Shown here: positions 24,066 through 36,310 of the stretch, in pieces
How the letters are laid out: each line of letters opens with the position of its first letter
Position numbering within the stretch: the stretch's first letter is position 1
NCBI RefSeq assembly: GCF_006345805.1
Contig: NC_043008.1
Location: forward strand, 23,684,001 to 23,748,000
From: Octopus sinensis
Taxonomy: Eukaryota
Reading direction: 5' to 3'
DNA length: 64,000 nt
Notes under the pieces: model-generated
Database searches by the model: none
Told to the model about the DNA's origin: nothing
The model's input: the letters and a program-made list of their open reading frames with translations, nothing else
Position numbers and translations under genes: made by a program

Positions 24066-25716
24066 GGTCTTAGCAATATCGGCAAGAGGACTGAAAGTAT
24101 ACAGACTCAATTTTACCTCAAATGTGCAATATTCAACGCATCAATAAGTATTAATATCTTTGCACTTGATATAAGGCCAAAATTTGTTTGATCGATTCAA
24201 TTGAATCAAATTAATTTGTGGAAAAATTTTATGGAACCTGATATGAAGGAACCTGTTATGACAAAAGCAGATTTCAACTCAAGGGAATTGAGTATAACGT
24301 CATAAAATTCTCTAAACAATTTCGTACATTTTTCACTCACTTTTACTATTTCACTACTCTCATTTTAATCTATGACAATAAAGAATGTACCATGTTATCT
24401 GTAGCCATTTACTTACTAAACTAGCTGCCATTGTTAAGTTATTTTTTGCTTCTAACCTTATTGTGATATTTTGTTTTCGCTACTTTCATTAGTTGTTTGA
24501 TAATTTGCTTGGAAATTTGTTTTCTCTCCTTTCCAAGAATATATTTGACATGATCTTTGCGAATACAATGAAACTGTTACTACAGCTGAGCTGAAATTAT
24601 GTGATTCTCTCTGGTATTAACATACACAAAGATAACTACGCATTGACATTTAATACTTAGGCAGTGATCCACGCAAACTTGTATATCTTAATTCAGTCTG
24701 TCATCCATTCTCTTCTACATCTTTAGTACATGTCACTGAGAAGGACAAATGTTACACTAAGTTTGGCACTTGATATGAATCTTTTATTTATACTTTTCGA
24801 TACAATACTTAATTTCTATATAAAAATTTAAAGGTAAAGAGATCGTCAATAAGGAAAAAAAATCTATCATGCTTTAAATGACTTTATGAAACTGAATAGG
24901 CAATTCCCATGCACAAAGCTGTGCTCGAAATGACAATTAAATAGTAGAGCTGAGATGTTCAGTATTCCTAAGTCAGCTCTGAATGAAAATACTATTTGCT
25001 AAGCAGGTAAATGCAATCAAAAGATTTGCTGTTCCAGATACATAATACGCACGCTTAACCAAGCACCGTATTGCACACTTCAATATATACATATATCGTA
25101 TGGGATATTTTATGACAATATTGACATGTTGTTCTCTGACCTGCATATAGAATTTGTACCTTGACTGAGTGCACCAGCCACTGCTACCACATGTATATAA
25201 CGTTACAATGAATAATGATGTCTTAGATACATATCTTTAAAGACGCTATTGAGGGATAAAAGACAAACTGATGCTACATCTAGCAAAACTGGCCATTACA
25301 TAGAGGTTACTTTGTAGATTCTAGTATTGTTTACAATGGAGACGAATTGTGTGAATCCAGTCAAAACGTTACATCTAACGTTCCTTCCTATCATTGATGG
25401 CATGTATTTCTCAGGACAGTGCTTGAGACTATTTATTCTGCAACTATTTCTGAAAATGTTTTTGAGTAAGCATTACAGATAGTTATTTTAGAATGCTGTA
25501 ATACTCTGGTGTTTTGTATTATGTGTCTGCATGTTTGGAGGTGATTTTTCATTTTACATGGAACAACAGGGGCTTCATTGTTGTTGTTTGCATTTAACTG
25601 TACTTTGCGCTGAAAATGCATTGTTTGTATTTAAATATGTTAGTGTGTGTTGTTGGTGTGCCTGTGCATTTTTTCAAGGTGCTTGGTCCGCTAGTTTGTT
25701 TCCTTTTCATGATTAT

Positions 25717-25850
<134 letters not shown>

Positions 25851-26093
25851 TTTATACTAGTATAAAATACAATTATAATTAAGGGCATAGAAGAGACTAT
25901 GGCTATGCTGAAAATAGACGCCAAATCGTCAAACCACTTAAAAAGTATCAGAATATACAACGTGTCGAAATCGAGGGAAATTCATAAATTAGTTAGCCTT
26001 GGATTGATCAACTTCTGGATTAGTCCAATATCTTTTTCTCATCAGTAAGACACATTATACATAAATTCACCTTAAGAGGTCTATATTATATAC

Positions 26094-26163
<70 letters not shown>

Positions 26164-26341
26164 AATCCTTAAATTCTTAAAAATATTTTAGCCCGAAGGC
26201 TGCGGCCATGCTGGGGCACCGATATATATATATATATGTATATATATATTATATATATATATATATATATATCGGTTAAACTATGATGATGATATATATA
26301 TATATATCGTTAAACTACGATGATGATATATATATATATAT

Positions 26342-27178
26342 ATCATCATAGTTTAACGTCCGTTTTCCATGCTGGTATGGGCTGGACGGTTTGGCTGGAG
26401 TCTGGGAAGCCAGGGGGCTGAACCAGGCCTCAGTCTGATGTGGCAGTGTTTCTACAGCTGGATGGCCTTCCTAACGCCAACCGCCCCGAGAGTGTAGTGG
26501 GTGCTTTTTAGGTGCCACCGGCACGGAAGCCAGTCAACGTGGCACTGGCATCGGCCACGTTCGGATGGTGCTTTTTACTTTCCACCGACACGGGAGTCAT
26601 AATTTCAATTTCCATTTGATTGTAATTTGATTTGATATTGATGTTGATGTTGATGTACTTGACTGAATAGGCCCCCTCAAGCACGGCATGTCGCCCTACG
26701 ATCCAAGGTACTTTTGAGTGGGCTGGTTATGCGGCGCTGGTGTGGTTACAGCTGTGAACTCATATTATTTGCCGGGTCTTCACAGTCACAGCATACTTCC
26801 AGAGGTCTCGGCCTTTTGTCATTGCCTCTGTGAGGCCCAACGTTCGAAGGTCATGCTTCACCACCTCATCCCATGCCATGTCTTCCTGGGTCTCCCTCTA
26901 CCCCAGATTCCTACAACTGTTTGGGAGTGGCACTCCTCGTCCATCCGCAGCACATGACCAGACCAACGCAAAGGTCTTTCATGCACGCCACATCCGATGC
27001 TTCTTACGTTTAACATTTTTCGCAGGGCGCTTACACTCTGTCGTGTGTGCACACTGACATTACACATCCAACGGATCATGCTAGCTTCATTTCTTTCGAG
27101 CTTACGCATATCTTCAGCAGTCACGGCCCATGTTTCACTGCCGTGAAGCATGGCAGTCCACACACATGCATCATACAA
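26342..27178 (-). mobile_element. RTE-clade LINE 3' end with 3' UTR
   Basis: AMLHGSETWA..RNEASMIRWMC..LRWSGHVLRM..GRGRPRKTW; (ATG)n-type tail. Confidence 0.9.
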
Positions 27179-27586
27179 TCTGTGGTAAGTAGCTTGCTTA
27201 CCAATCACATGGTTCCGGGTTCATTCACACTGCGTGGCACCTTCGGCGGTTGTCTTCTACCATAGCCTCGGGCCGACCAAAGCTTTTTGAGCGGATTTGG
27301 TAGACGGAAACTGAAAGAGGCCCGTCGTATATATGCATATATATATATATGTATGTGTGTGTATGTGTTTGTGTGTCTGTGTTTGTCACTCCAACATCGC
27401 TTGACAACCGATGGTAGTGTGTTTACGTCCCCGTAACTTAGCGGTTCGGCGAGAGCGACCGATAGAATAAGTACTAGGCTTACAAATTATAAGTCCTGGG
27501 GTCGATTTGCTTGACTAAAGGTGGTGGTCCAGCATGGCTGTACTCAAATGACTGAAACAAGTAAAAGAGTAAAGAGTGTAAAGAGT
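27179..27586 (+). mobile_element. SINE family A copy lacking its first approx. 16 nt
   Basis: TGTGGTAAGTAGCTTGCTTACC.. through the GTAAAAGAGTAAAGAG tail. Confidence 0.92.
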
Positions 27587-27601
27587 ATATATATATATAT
27601 A

Positions 27602-27948
27602 TGAAGTATATTTGCCATCTCAATATGGCTAACCACTAAGGGTGGATGTTACTGTAGCTTGTAGCCCCAGGAGAACAGCTCCTCCAGCTGGCTATAAATA
27701 TTTGCATTGGGACTCCTTCCATCGAAAACCGGTGATTGTCGTGCGCTGATGACAGGTCAATACCTAGAAAGTGCAGTCCGTGCGTATCACTTAGGTTGAC
27801 GAGAGAAGGATGACCTCCCTTTGCAAATATCGATAGGGCACAGAAAGTGTTTCTATAGCCAGTTGGAGGAGATGTTCTCCTGGGGCTACAAGCTACAGCA
27901 ACATCCGCCCTTAGTGGTTAGTCATATTGAGATGGCAAATATACTTCA
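27602..27948 (+). mobile_element. MITE-like foldback cassette: 95-bp inverted repeats around an HHR
   Basis: 27602-27696 / 27854-27948 with 5 mismatches; no TSD seen. Confidence 0.85.
27741..27783 (+). ncRNA. type I hammerhead ribozyme candidate, probably mutated
   Basis: GTGCG-CTGATGA-CAGG(TCAATA)CCTA-GAAA-GTGCA-GTC-CGTGC; one substitution from palindromic ACTGCAGT. Confidence 0.6.
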
Positions 27949-28059
27949 CACTGTCGTGCGGTTACTGTCTATACCTCGTTCAGAGATTTATTAATGCTTA
28001 TATATATATATATACACATCATGGTAGATTGCTAGCCACTACACATTCTTTATTTTCTA

Positions 28060-29812
28060 CTAGCAGCATAGCCCGGCGTTGCCCGGGTATGTAAGAAACT
28101 TTGTCGATAAGCAATGCCCTTTACCTTTTTACCCTTTTTTGTACTCATTGAACCGATATTTTGTAAAATGAAGCCTAAAAGGCATTAAGGCATTCAAGGC
28201 ACCGTTCCCTTGCATGCATGAAGAAAATCTATGACAGTCAAAGTGCATTTTCTGGTTTTGTTTAGCACACTCAACCCAGTTCTGCGAGGTCAGTGTCGCG
28301 ACGGGAACGCATGGGTTGGGAGTTTGACAGGCAGAGGTGATAAGGTTGCACATGCCGGCCCTTTTGACACCGCCCTCCCGAACCCAAGTTGGGTTCTGAC
28401 CACAGCTAAGCCCTACCTAATCCTAACTTAAGTCTAGCGAAAGGGGGCTCGGGAGCCTCTAGTACGCAACGACTAATCCTGATCTAGTCCTTTCCCTCTA
28501 GGGAGCGAAGGCGCATGTGTAGGTTGCAACGTCTTCTCTTCACTCCAATACTTCTGTGTATACGACGTTCCTAGCTGTCCCTTTGGGCGAAAACATGAAA
28601 ACATCATTGCGCCTCCCAACGCGTGGACAGCCCACGTAGAGTTGACCGTGGGCGAAGCACTGTTCGCGCAAATGTAACCCAGCGACTTGTAGCGTTTGGC
28701 CTTGGGATTTATTGATGGACATTGCGAAGCAGATTTTAACAGGAAACTGAGAACGCCTGAAGTGGATAAAAGCAGCTTATAATAAACCAAGAGTTTGCAA
28801 GTAGCGTCCGAGGACCCTTAGGGTACGTCAAAAATTTAAGGTAAAACGTTTGGGGTAGTAGTTATAAAGAAAGTTTAAACAAAAAAAATATTCGAATAAC
28901 TTGCGGCTGCAGCAGCGATTAGCAGAAGTATGCCAAGGTTATGTTGTCTGGTCATATTTTGTCTCATTGACTGCTGAAAGTGGCTGTGTTGGGGGTAAAG
29001 TCTGGGAGGTAAGTTCTTCCTGGTAGGAATTGGTTCACCAAAACTTAGGTTAGTCTGGAGGTTTCGATGTAATATTTGGTTTGTATGTGGGATACCTTGA
29101 AGATTAAGTCTAGATTTCCTCCTGATGGTTGAATTACCGATAGCTGTTTGATAGTTATTTGGGGGAGTAAGAGAGTTAAAGAAGGTCGAGTTGCGTCCCT
29201 AGACAGTCTGTGGTTTGTGTTTAATACACAAATCGGTTTGCTATGTGTGCCACATATGATTTAATTAACTGATTTTTTTTAGTAATAAAGTATACTATTG
29301 GAATAAAAAGAGCTACATAGCTCCTTGGAGCAGACATGATGCTCGCTGTGAATTTCAAAAAAAAATTCCTGCCAATTTGTTAAAGATATTGTCGAAAATA
29401 TGTCATCTTGAATTTGAACGCAATTTCTCAAAATGGCATGATTTTATCGGATTTTTTCTGATGGTAAGGTATTAGATGGAAAACTAACGTCAGAATTAAG
29501 TTTCTTAGGGTAACATTAAGCTTCACCATGAGTTTGGTGAAAATCGATTGCAAGTTGCGAAAACTACAACAGAAAATGTGTTGCATACGAAAAGCTTAGA
29601 TTCTCGACCCCATGTCGAATTTATCGATTTTTTTTCAGAACTGGGGAAACTTTTCAAAATTTTCCCTGCGTTAGTTTTGAATTATGACGTTGGGCTATGT
29701 GTGTGTCAAGTTTCATCAGAATCGGTTGAAAGCCGTGGTCAGGGTGAGGGTACAACCTGACAGACACACAGACAGACACAGACAGACAAACTGCCTTTTA
29801 TATATATATAGA
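28060..29812 (-). mobile_element. internally deleted Helitron
   Basis: Minus strand 5' TC, 3' CTAG, A|T target, GC hairpin 28072-28087 eight nt before CTAG; PIF1-type helicase C-terminus SINKSQGQTL..HGQLYVGCPRV at 28540-28722 in sense orientation. Confidence 0.88.
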
Positions 29813-29949
29813 TAGATATAGATATATAGATATATATCATTATTTCTAATTCTCTCTAAAGGAGACTACGGCAGTGGTACTGGATATTAATAGTTATCGC
29901 CAAGCTAACATGGCAGTCCAGATAAATAGGACGAATTATAATAATAATA

Positions 29950-29991
<42 letters not shown>

Positions 29992-30247
29992 TAATAATAA
30001 TAATAATAATAATAATAAAGTTTATAGACTAATATTGGGGCACATAAGCCCTCGATGCCTCAATATTAGATTATTTTCTTTAACCAATACGTGGTGAACA
30101 CTTATAAGCTGTAAGCTTATAATAGTTATTATTATTTACAGAATATGTATGTATGTATGTATGTACGTATGTATGTACGCAAGATTGTTTGTATGTATGT
30201 ATGTATGTATGTATGTATGTATGTATGTATGTATGTATGTATGTATG

Positions 30248-30282
<35 letters not shown>

Positions 30283-30311
30283 ATACACATATTTTTGTTT
30301 GTTCCTTCTCG

Positions 30312-30555
30312 ACCCATCCCTGGCTCATAAGGGCCGGCCTCCCGGTTTCCTTGGCATATAGGTTCCCCACCTGGACGGGACGCCGGCCCGTCGCAGGTGA
30401 GCTGCAAGATACAGGATGCAGAAGTTCGCCATTACCTTCTGACGGAACCGCGTGGAGCTTAGGTGTTTCGCTCATAAACACAGACATCGCCCGGTCTGAG
30501 ATTCGAACCAGCGATCCCTCGACCGCGAGTCCGCTGCTCTAGGCCATGTGCCTCA
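30312..30555 (-). mobile_element. SINE family B variant
   Basis: tRNA-like head GGTTCGAATCTC; GAGCGAAACACCTAAGCTCCACG shared with 16815-17126; different tail. Confidence 0.8.
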
Positions 30556-30558
30556 TAT

Positions 30559-30634
<76 letters not shown>

Positions 30635-30720
30635 CAGAATTTGGCATATAAATATAAAACAAGGTGGAAAAGAATAGTATTCGAATACCGGATGTAGAAT
30701 AATATGCTTTATTAATAAAG

Positions 30721-30777
<57 letters not shown>

Positions 30778-30780
30778 TTT

Positions 30781-30856
30781 ATAGAAGGAGCTTCTACAGG
30801 ACTAGAACCGTTTCATTCAAATGAAACGGTTCTAGTCCTGTAGAAGCTCCTTCTAT
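30781..30856. repeat. perfect 36-bp hairpin containing the 3' half of an HHR-like motif
   Basis: Arms 30781-30816 / 30821-30856; GAAACGGTTCTAGTC lies in the arm. Confidence 0.9.
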
Positions 30857-30930
30857 TAAATAAATTAATTTACTCTGCTATGTATTGAGTACCTTATTTA
30901 CTATGGTTAACCCCGACTCAACCCGGAACC

Positions 30931-30966
<36 letters not shown>

Positions 30967-30992
30967 AAAAAAGCAACAAGAATGGATTACAA

Positions 30993-31080
30993 TCTCGGTA
31001 CGATCGTTTCGTACGAGGACATCTTTAATAAGCTACAAACAATGCAGTGAATACAGATGGCTCGTACTCGTCAGCCGAAA
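30993..31080 (-). ncRNA. canonical type I hammerhead ribozyme
   Basis: TTTCGG-CTGACGA-GTACGAG..CTCGTAC-GAAA-CGATC-GTA-CCGAGA; 6-bp stem I, 7-bp stem II, palindromic ACGATCGT. Confidence 0.87.
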
Positions 31081-31472
31081 AAACATCAGAAATTCCCAAA
31101 CATCAAAAGGGGTAGATACAAAAGAGGTTGTAAGATTAGCTGCATTGAAGAAAGTTCGATTCGTGGGGATCCGATGAAAGGTTTTAAACCTATAGAATTT
31201 ATGCATGTCTACATATAGCTCATATTGAATATTTGATCAAGTTGTGTGAAGAAATTTTCGGATACAGTCATGCAAAATTTCTGAAAATCCGAGTAAGGGG
31301 CAAAGTGACTGCCATATCATGTAGAGGAAAGTCTGAGTAAAAGCAAAGTGACTGTCATATCGTGTGGAGGAACAGATTGTTATTGAAACTTACAAGAATC
31401 GCAGATAAGTTCGATTTTTTGGAGATCCGATGAAAAAGTCTCTTACATATATATATATATATATATATATGT

Positions 31473-31860
31473 AGGCGCAGGAGTGGCTGTGTGGTAAGTA
31501 GCTTGCTAACCAGCCACATGGTTCCGGGTTCAGTCCCACTGCGTGGCATCTTGGGCAAGTGTCTTCTGCTATAGCCCCGGGCCGACCAATGCCCTGTGAG
31601 TGGATTTGTCGTATATATGTATATATATGTATATGTATGTATGTGTATGTGTTTGTGTGTTTGTACCCCTAGCATTGCTTGACAACCGATGCTGGTGTGT
31701 TTACGTCCCCGTCACTTAGCGGTTCGGCAAAAGAGACCGATAGAATAAGTACTGTGCTTACAAAGAATAAGTCCCGGGGTCGATTTGCTCGACTAAAGGC
31801 GGTGCTCCAGCATGGTCGCAGTCAAATGACTGAAACATGTAAAAGAGTAAAAGAGTAAAG
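31473..31860 (+). mobile_element. SINE family A, full length
   Basis: AGGCGCAGGAGTGGCTGTGTGG head through GTAAAAGAGTAAAAGAG tail. Confidence 0.95.
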
Positions 31861-32234
31861 GGGATACATCTTATGTATAATCGCTTTTTGCTGTTTATGT
31901 CACCGTTTATGCTACGAAAGAAATGTTTACAAGTTTTCTGAGTTTTATGGCTTATCTTTTTTTTTTTGGTTCAATGATGTGTTTTATATTTATCTCTGTT
32001 ACGGCATGTTTCAGGTTGCTCCTAATTTTTCTTTTTTTATTTCGGTTAGGCCATTTTCTCGCATTATTGCGGTAGTATTAATTAACGTCAATCTTCGGTA
32101 TATCGGTATATGTTTTGGGAATGTACTTGTAACTATTGTATTACTGTACTGAAGTGTCTATCTTCGCGACTCTGGGGTTGCAATGTTTTGATGATATTCC
32201 TACTGCGTATATATATATATTTACACATTCACAC

Positions 32235-32311
<77 letters not shown>

Positions 32312-32364
32312 GTAAATACATACAAACATATATACATACATGCATACACATACATATTTATATA

Positions 32365-34100
32365 TTGGGTCATCCCTTACATCAGGGGTGGGGAAACTTC
32401 TTAGTGCAGCGGGCAAAAATGTCCAAGGATAAATGTCCGCAGGTGGATCACAAGTTTTAACAATTATATTTGTGTGAACCTTGTATATATCTATGTATAA
32501 TTCGATATGCATTAATAAAGATAAGTATAACACATTAGATTAATGCGTAACATCTTCATTAACACCACCACTGAATGTAGGACGTTTATTTTACTCATGA
32601 GGTATTCTTTATTTTTCAGCTAGAGTGTAGTTGGGTCTCAAGGGGGCGGGATACAAACATAACAATATGTGTTTTATGGTGAAAACAAAAGTTCCATTGA
32701 AATGACAATTACCATACGATTTTCTGTTCGAGTCTAACCGTTTTAAGTCGTAGTGGTAATGCGACCTATGTCGGAAATAGGCATACGAATATGGTATAAA
32801 TTTTGTAACTGAAAAAAATAACTATATTCTGTACATACAAGTATTCCAGCCTGCAGCCGCAATAGAATGGCCTCGCGGGTGCTTTTTTTTTAATACGTTT
32901 ATTTTTCAAAATTAAGATAAAGTTATTTTTAAATCTAAAATATACCCTCCTTCATTTTCTACAATGCTCTTCCGTCTATCTGTTAGACTTGCAAGGTTCC
33001 TCTTCCAAAACTCCCTTGTCTGTGACGAAAAATCCTCCTCCAGTACTTTTCTGACTTCGTCTACAGAATTCATATTTTTTTGTCCAAATGATTTTGGAGA
33101 ATGCGGAATATATAATAATCAGATGGGGCAATGTCAGGCGAATATGGTGGGTGAGGCATCGTTTCCCATTTAAACTGCTCCAGCCATTGGAATGTTATCC
33201 TAACTGTATGTGGCCGAGCATTATACTAATGGAAGAACACCTCTTGTCTTGAGCCAAAAATGGCACTTTTTCTTCTAGAGCTGACTTAAGCCGCTCAAGC
33301 TGCTCGCACTAGATCTCCATTATCATCGATTGGTATGGGTTTAAAAGTTCAAAGTGGCCTAAACCTTTCATATCCCACCAAACAAATAACAACACCATAC
33401 GTGGATGAAGGCCTTCTTTAGCCTGGGGTGCTGGTGTTTCTCCTTTCCCTACCCACTGTCTTCGGCGCTTAACATTTTTTATTGAGAACCCATTTCTCGT
33501 CACCAATCACTATCCAGTCCAAAAAAGGGTCATTCGCGAAGCGTGACAGCAAAGAAAAGCACGCATTCACTCTCTGCGCGCGATTAGATTCGGAAAGTTT
33601 GTGAGGAACTCATTGACCCAATTTGCTAACTTTTCCGATGGCATGCAGTTGTCGATGAATGATTGAATGACCAAGTCCAAGCTTCTCTACTAGTTCTTCG
33701 ACAGTTACGATGGGATTTTGTTCCACCAAGGTTTGCAAGACGTCCACATCGAGATCTACAGATCTTCCAGGACGAGGCTCGTCTTCTAGGCTGTAGTTTC
33801 CGGCTCGGAATTTCTGGAACCACCGTTGACACTAGTTTACGTTTATTGCCCGATCCCCATATACTGTATAACTATTCCTCGCACTTTCCGTTGCATTGTT
33901 TCCTTTATTGTACTAATAAAGTAAAATATGCCAAAATATGCTCCTTTGTCACTTCCATTATAGCTTTGATAAAGTAAATGTTAAAGAATTGAACTGAACT
34001 CTTCAAAATTTGCACTAAGAGTAAGGCAAGGTACAATTACTACCTGCTTTTATAGCAAGCTGATGCAGGTAGTCTATACCGCACCCCTCCGATGACCCAC
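32365..34100 (-). mobile_element. mariner element, degenerate
   Basis: Ends TA-TTGGGTCATC / GATGACCCAC-TA; minus fragments KNVKRRRQWVGKGETPAPQAKEGLHPR..WWDMKG. Confidence 0.78.
32383..32879. mobile_element. non-autonomous hAT-type insertion, one TIR lost
   Basis: CAGGGGTGGGGAAACT preceded by CCTTACAT; GC-rich subterminal GCCGCAATAGAATGGCCTCGCGGG at the far end. Confidence 0.6.
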
Positions 34101-34116
34101 TACACACACACACGCG

Positions 34117-34186
<70 letters not shown>

Positions 34187-34403
34187 GTATATACATATAT
34201 GTATTGTATGTATCATTGCATTTTACGGTTTATTTCGACGTAGCGTGCCCTAATGAGGTGTTGGCAAATCCACAAATTTATATGCATATATATGTATTTA
34301 TGTATGTATATCATAGTGCTGTTTTTCTCACGGAAGGTGTCCAGGCGACCCTTCATCAGTTGTCGGCTGTCTATCTACTCCTCATTTCGAACATCCAACG
34401 AAA

Positions 34404-34435
<32 letters not shown>

Positions 34436-34554
34436 ATATGAATATGTATTATTTACACTATTATTTTATTGAACGCCACGCATCCATTTCTAAGTATGTT
34501 TATGTATGTATGTATGTATGTATGTATGTATGTATGTATGTATGTATGTATGTA

Positions 34555-34585
<31 letters not shown>

Positions 34586-34682
34586 ATGTATGTATGTATG
34601 TATGTATGTATGTATGTATGTATGTATGTGTGTATGTATGTATGTATCTCTCTCTCTCTCTCTTTATATATATATATTCGTT

Positions 34683-34910
34683 CTTTTCTTATATTTGTCC
34701 AGTCATTTGACTGCGGCCATACTAGAACACTGCCTTTAGTCGAGAAAATCGACCCCATGACTTATTCTTTATAAGCCTAGTACTTATTCTATAGGTCGTT
34801 CTTGCCGAACCGCTAATGTGATGGGGACGTAAACACACCAGCATCGGTTGCGAGCGATGTTAGGCTGACAAACACAAACATATACATACATACATACATA
34901 ATACATACAT

Positions 34911-34959
<49 letters not shown>

Positions 34960-35135
34960 ATATATATATACATAACGGGCTTCTTTCATTTTCCGTCTAC
35001 CAAATCCACTCACAAGGCTTTGGTCGGCCCGGGATTATAGTAGAAGACACTTTACCAAGGTGCCACGCAGTGGGACTGAAACCGGAACCATGTGGTTGGT
35101 AAGCAAGCTACTTATCACACACCCACCCCTGCGCC
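34683..35135 (-). mobile_element. SINE family A, full length
   Basis: Reverse complement of family A with head AGGCGCAGGGGTGGG. Confidence 0.92.
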
Positions 35136-35164
35136 TATATATATATATATATATATATAGGTAA

Positions 35165-35297
35165 ACAGTAAAAATAATTACAGACATGGACAAGAACATG
35201 AAACACCACAGAGACGACACAAGAACCACAGGACGGGACATTCGAAGCCCTCAGTCATCAGTCAAGAACCAGATCATCTTAGCAATTTCGGCTGATT
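35165..35297 (-). repeat. fragment of the pLTR-like repeat family of 7003-7855
   Basis: Minus TAATCAGCCGAAATTGC..GATCTGG..CTTCGAATGTCCCGTC. Confidence 0.7.
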
Positions 35298-35545
35298 ATT
35301 ATTTTATTGAACGACACGCATTTTTTTCAAGTATGTTTATCTAATACATTTCTATATTTAAGAGATGAGGAATTATGTACATTATTTATATTATTTATAT
35401 TTGACGGATATTTGTCCTCATCTTGTTTTTTGTTAACACGACGTTTCGGCTGATATACCCTCCAACCTTCATCAGATGTCTTGGGGAAGTTTCAAACTTG
35501 GGTTCTCATTCCAATGGTATTTTTTCGATGTTGTTGTTGTTATTA

Positions 35546-35612
<67 letters not shown>

Positions 35613-35695
35613 TTTATTAAGGACACTGCCTGGAATCGAACTCGAATCTTGGGATTAGTAGCCTGCGCTCTTAACCACCATGCCATATGTTATCA
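35298..35695 (-). mobile_element. SINE-like element: tRNA-Ser-like head, (AAT)n, then HHR
   Basis: A-box TGGCATGGTGG (35675-35685), B-box GTTCGATTCC (35632-35641), CTACTAA anticodon-like loop; HHR downstream on the same strand. Confidence 0.7.
35435..35480 (-). ncRNA. minimal type I hammerhead ribozyme candidate
   Basis: GACAT-CTGATGA-A-GGTTG(GAGGGTATAT)CAGCC-GAAAC-GTC-GTGTT; palindromic ACGT. Confidence 0.75.
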
Positions 35696-36019
35696 TGGAC
35701 AGGAGGTAAAACCGCGCTACGAACAAAGTCAAGCATCCCCTCTAACCGAACTGTAAAAATTTGTAGAGCTTTCCAGAAGTTCATCATTTAAATATATATG
35801 AGCATGTTTAGATATGTAACTCTATGCATGAGAATACATACATAAAACATACAAATCTGCATATACATACATACATACATACATACATGCATACATACAT
35901 ACATACATACATACATACATACATACATACATACATACATACATACATACATACATACATAATGCATGCATGCGTACATACAAACATACAAACATACATG
36001 CATGTGTACATACATACAT

Positions 36020-36310
36020 ACAAAAATACCCTGTTGATGTTGAAATTCCAATGAAGGAACCTTGGATCTAGGTTAGAAACCAGTTCTTTCTCTATTGGCA
36101 AAAAATCTTGAAATAAACTGAATAATGACATACACACACACACACACACATACGTACATGCATACATACATACATACATACATACATACATGCATACAAA
36201 AATACCCTATTGTTCATGTTGAAATTTCAATGAAGAAACCTTGGATCTAGGTTAGAAACTGGTTCTTTCTCTATTGGCAAGAAATCTTGAAATAAACTGA
36301 ATAATGCCAT
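36020..36310. repeat. two-unit tandem, 179-nt period
   Basis: ACCTTGGATCTAGGTTAGAAAC at about 36060 and 36239. Confidence 0.9.

Noticed and set aside
25415-25465. Possible 51-nt exon (TTTCTCAG | TVLETIYSATISENVF | GTAAGC)
   Set aside because: Plausible splice signals, but no recognisable protein and no partner exon; expected by chance without RNA data
28540-28722. Host PIF1 helicase exon
   Set aside because: Lies inside Helitron termini (TC..hairpin-CTAG, A|T) in sense orientation, so it is a Helitron remnant
34330-34365. Minus-strand CTGATGA-AGGG..CCTT half motif
   Set aside because: No properly placed GAAA, stem III or stem I; at most a truncated relic
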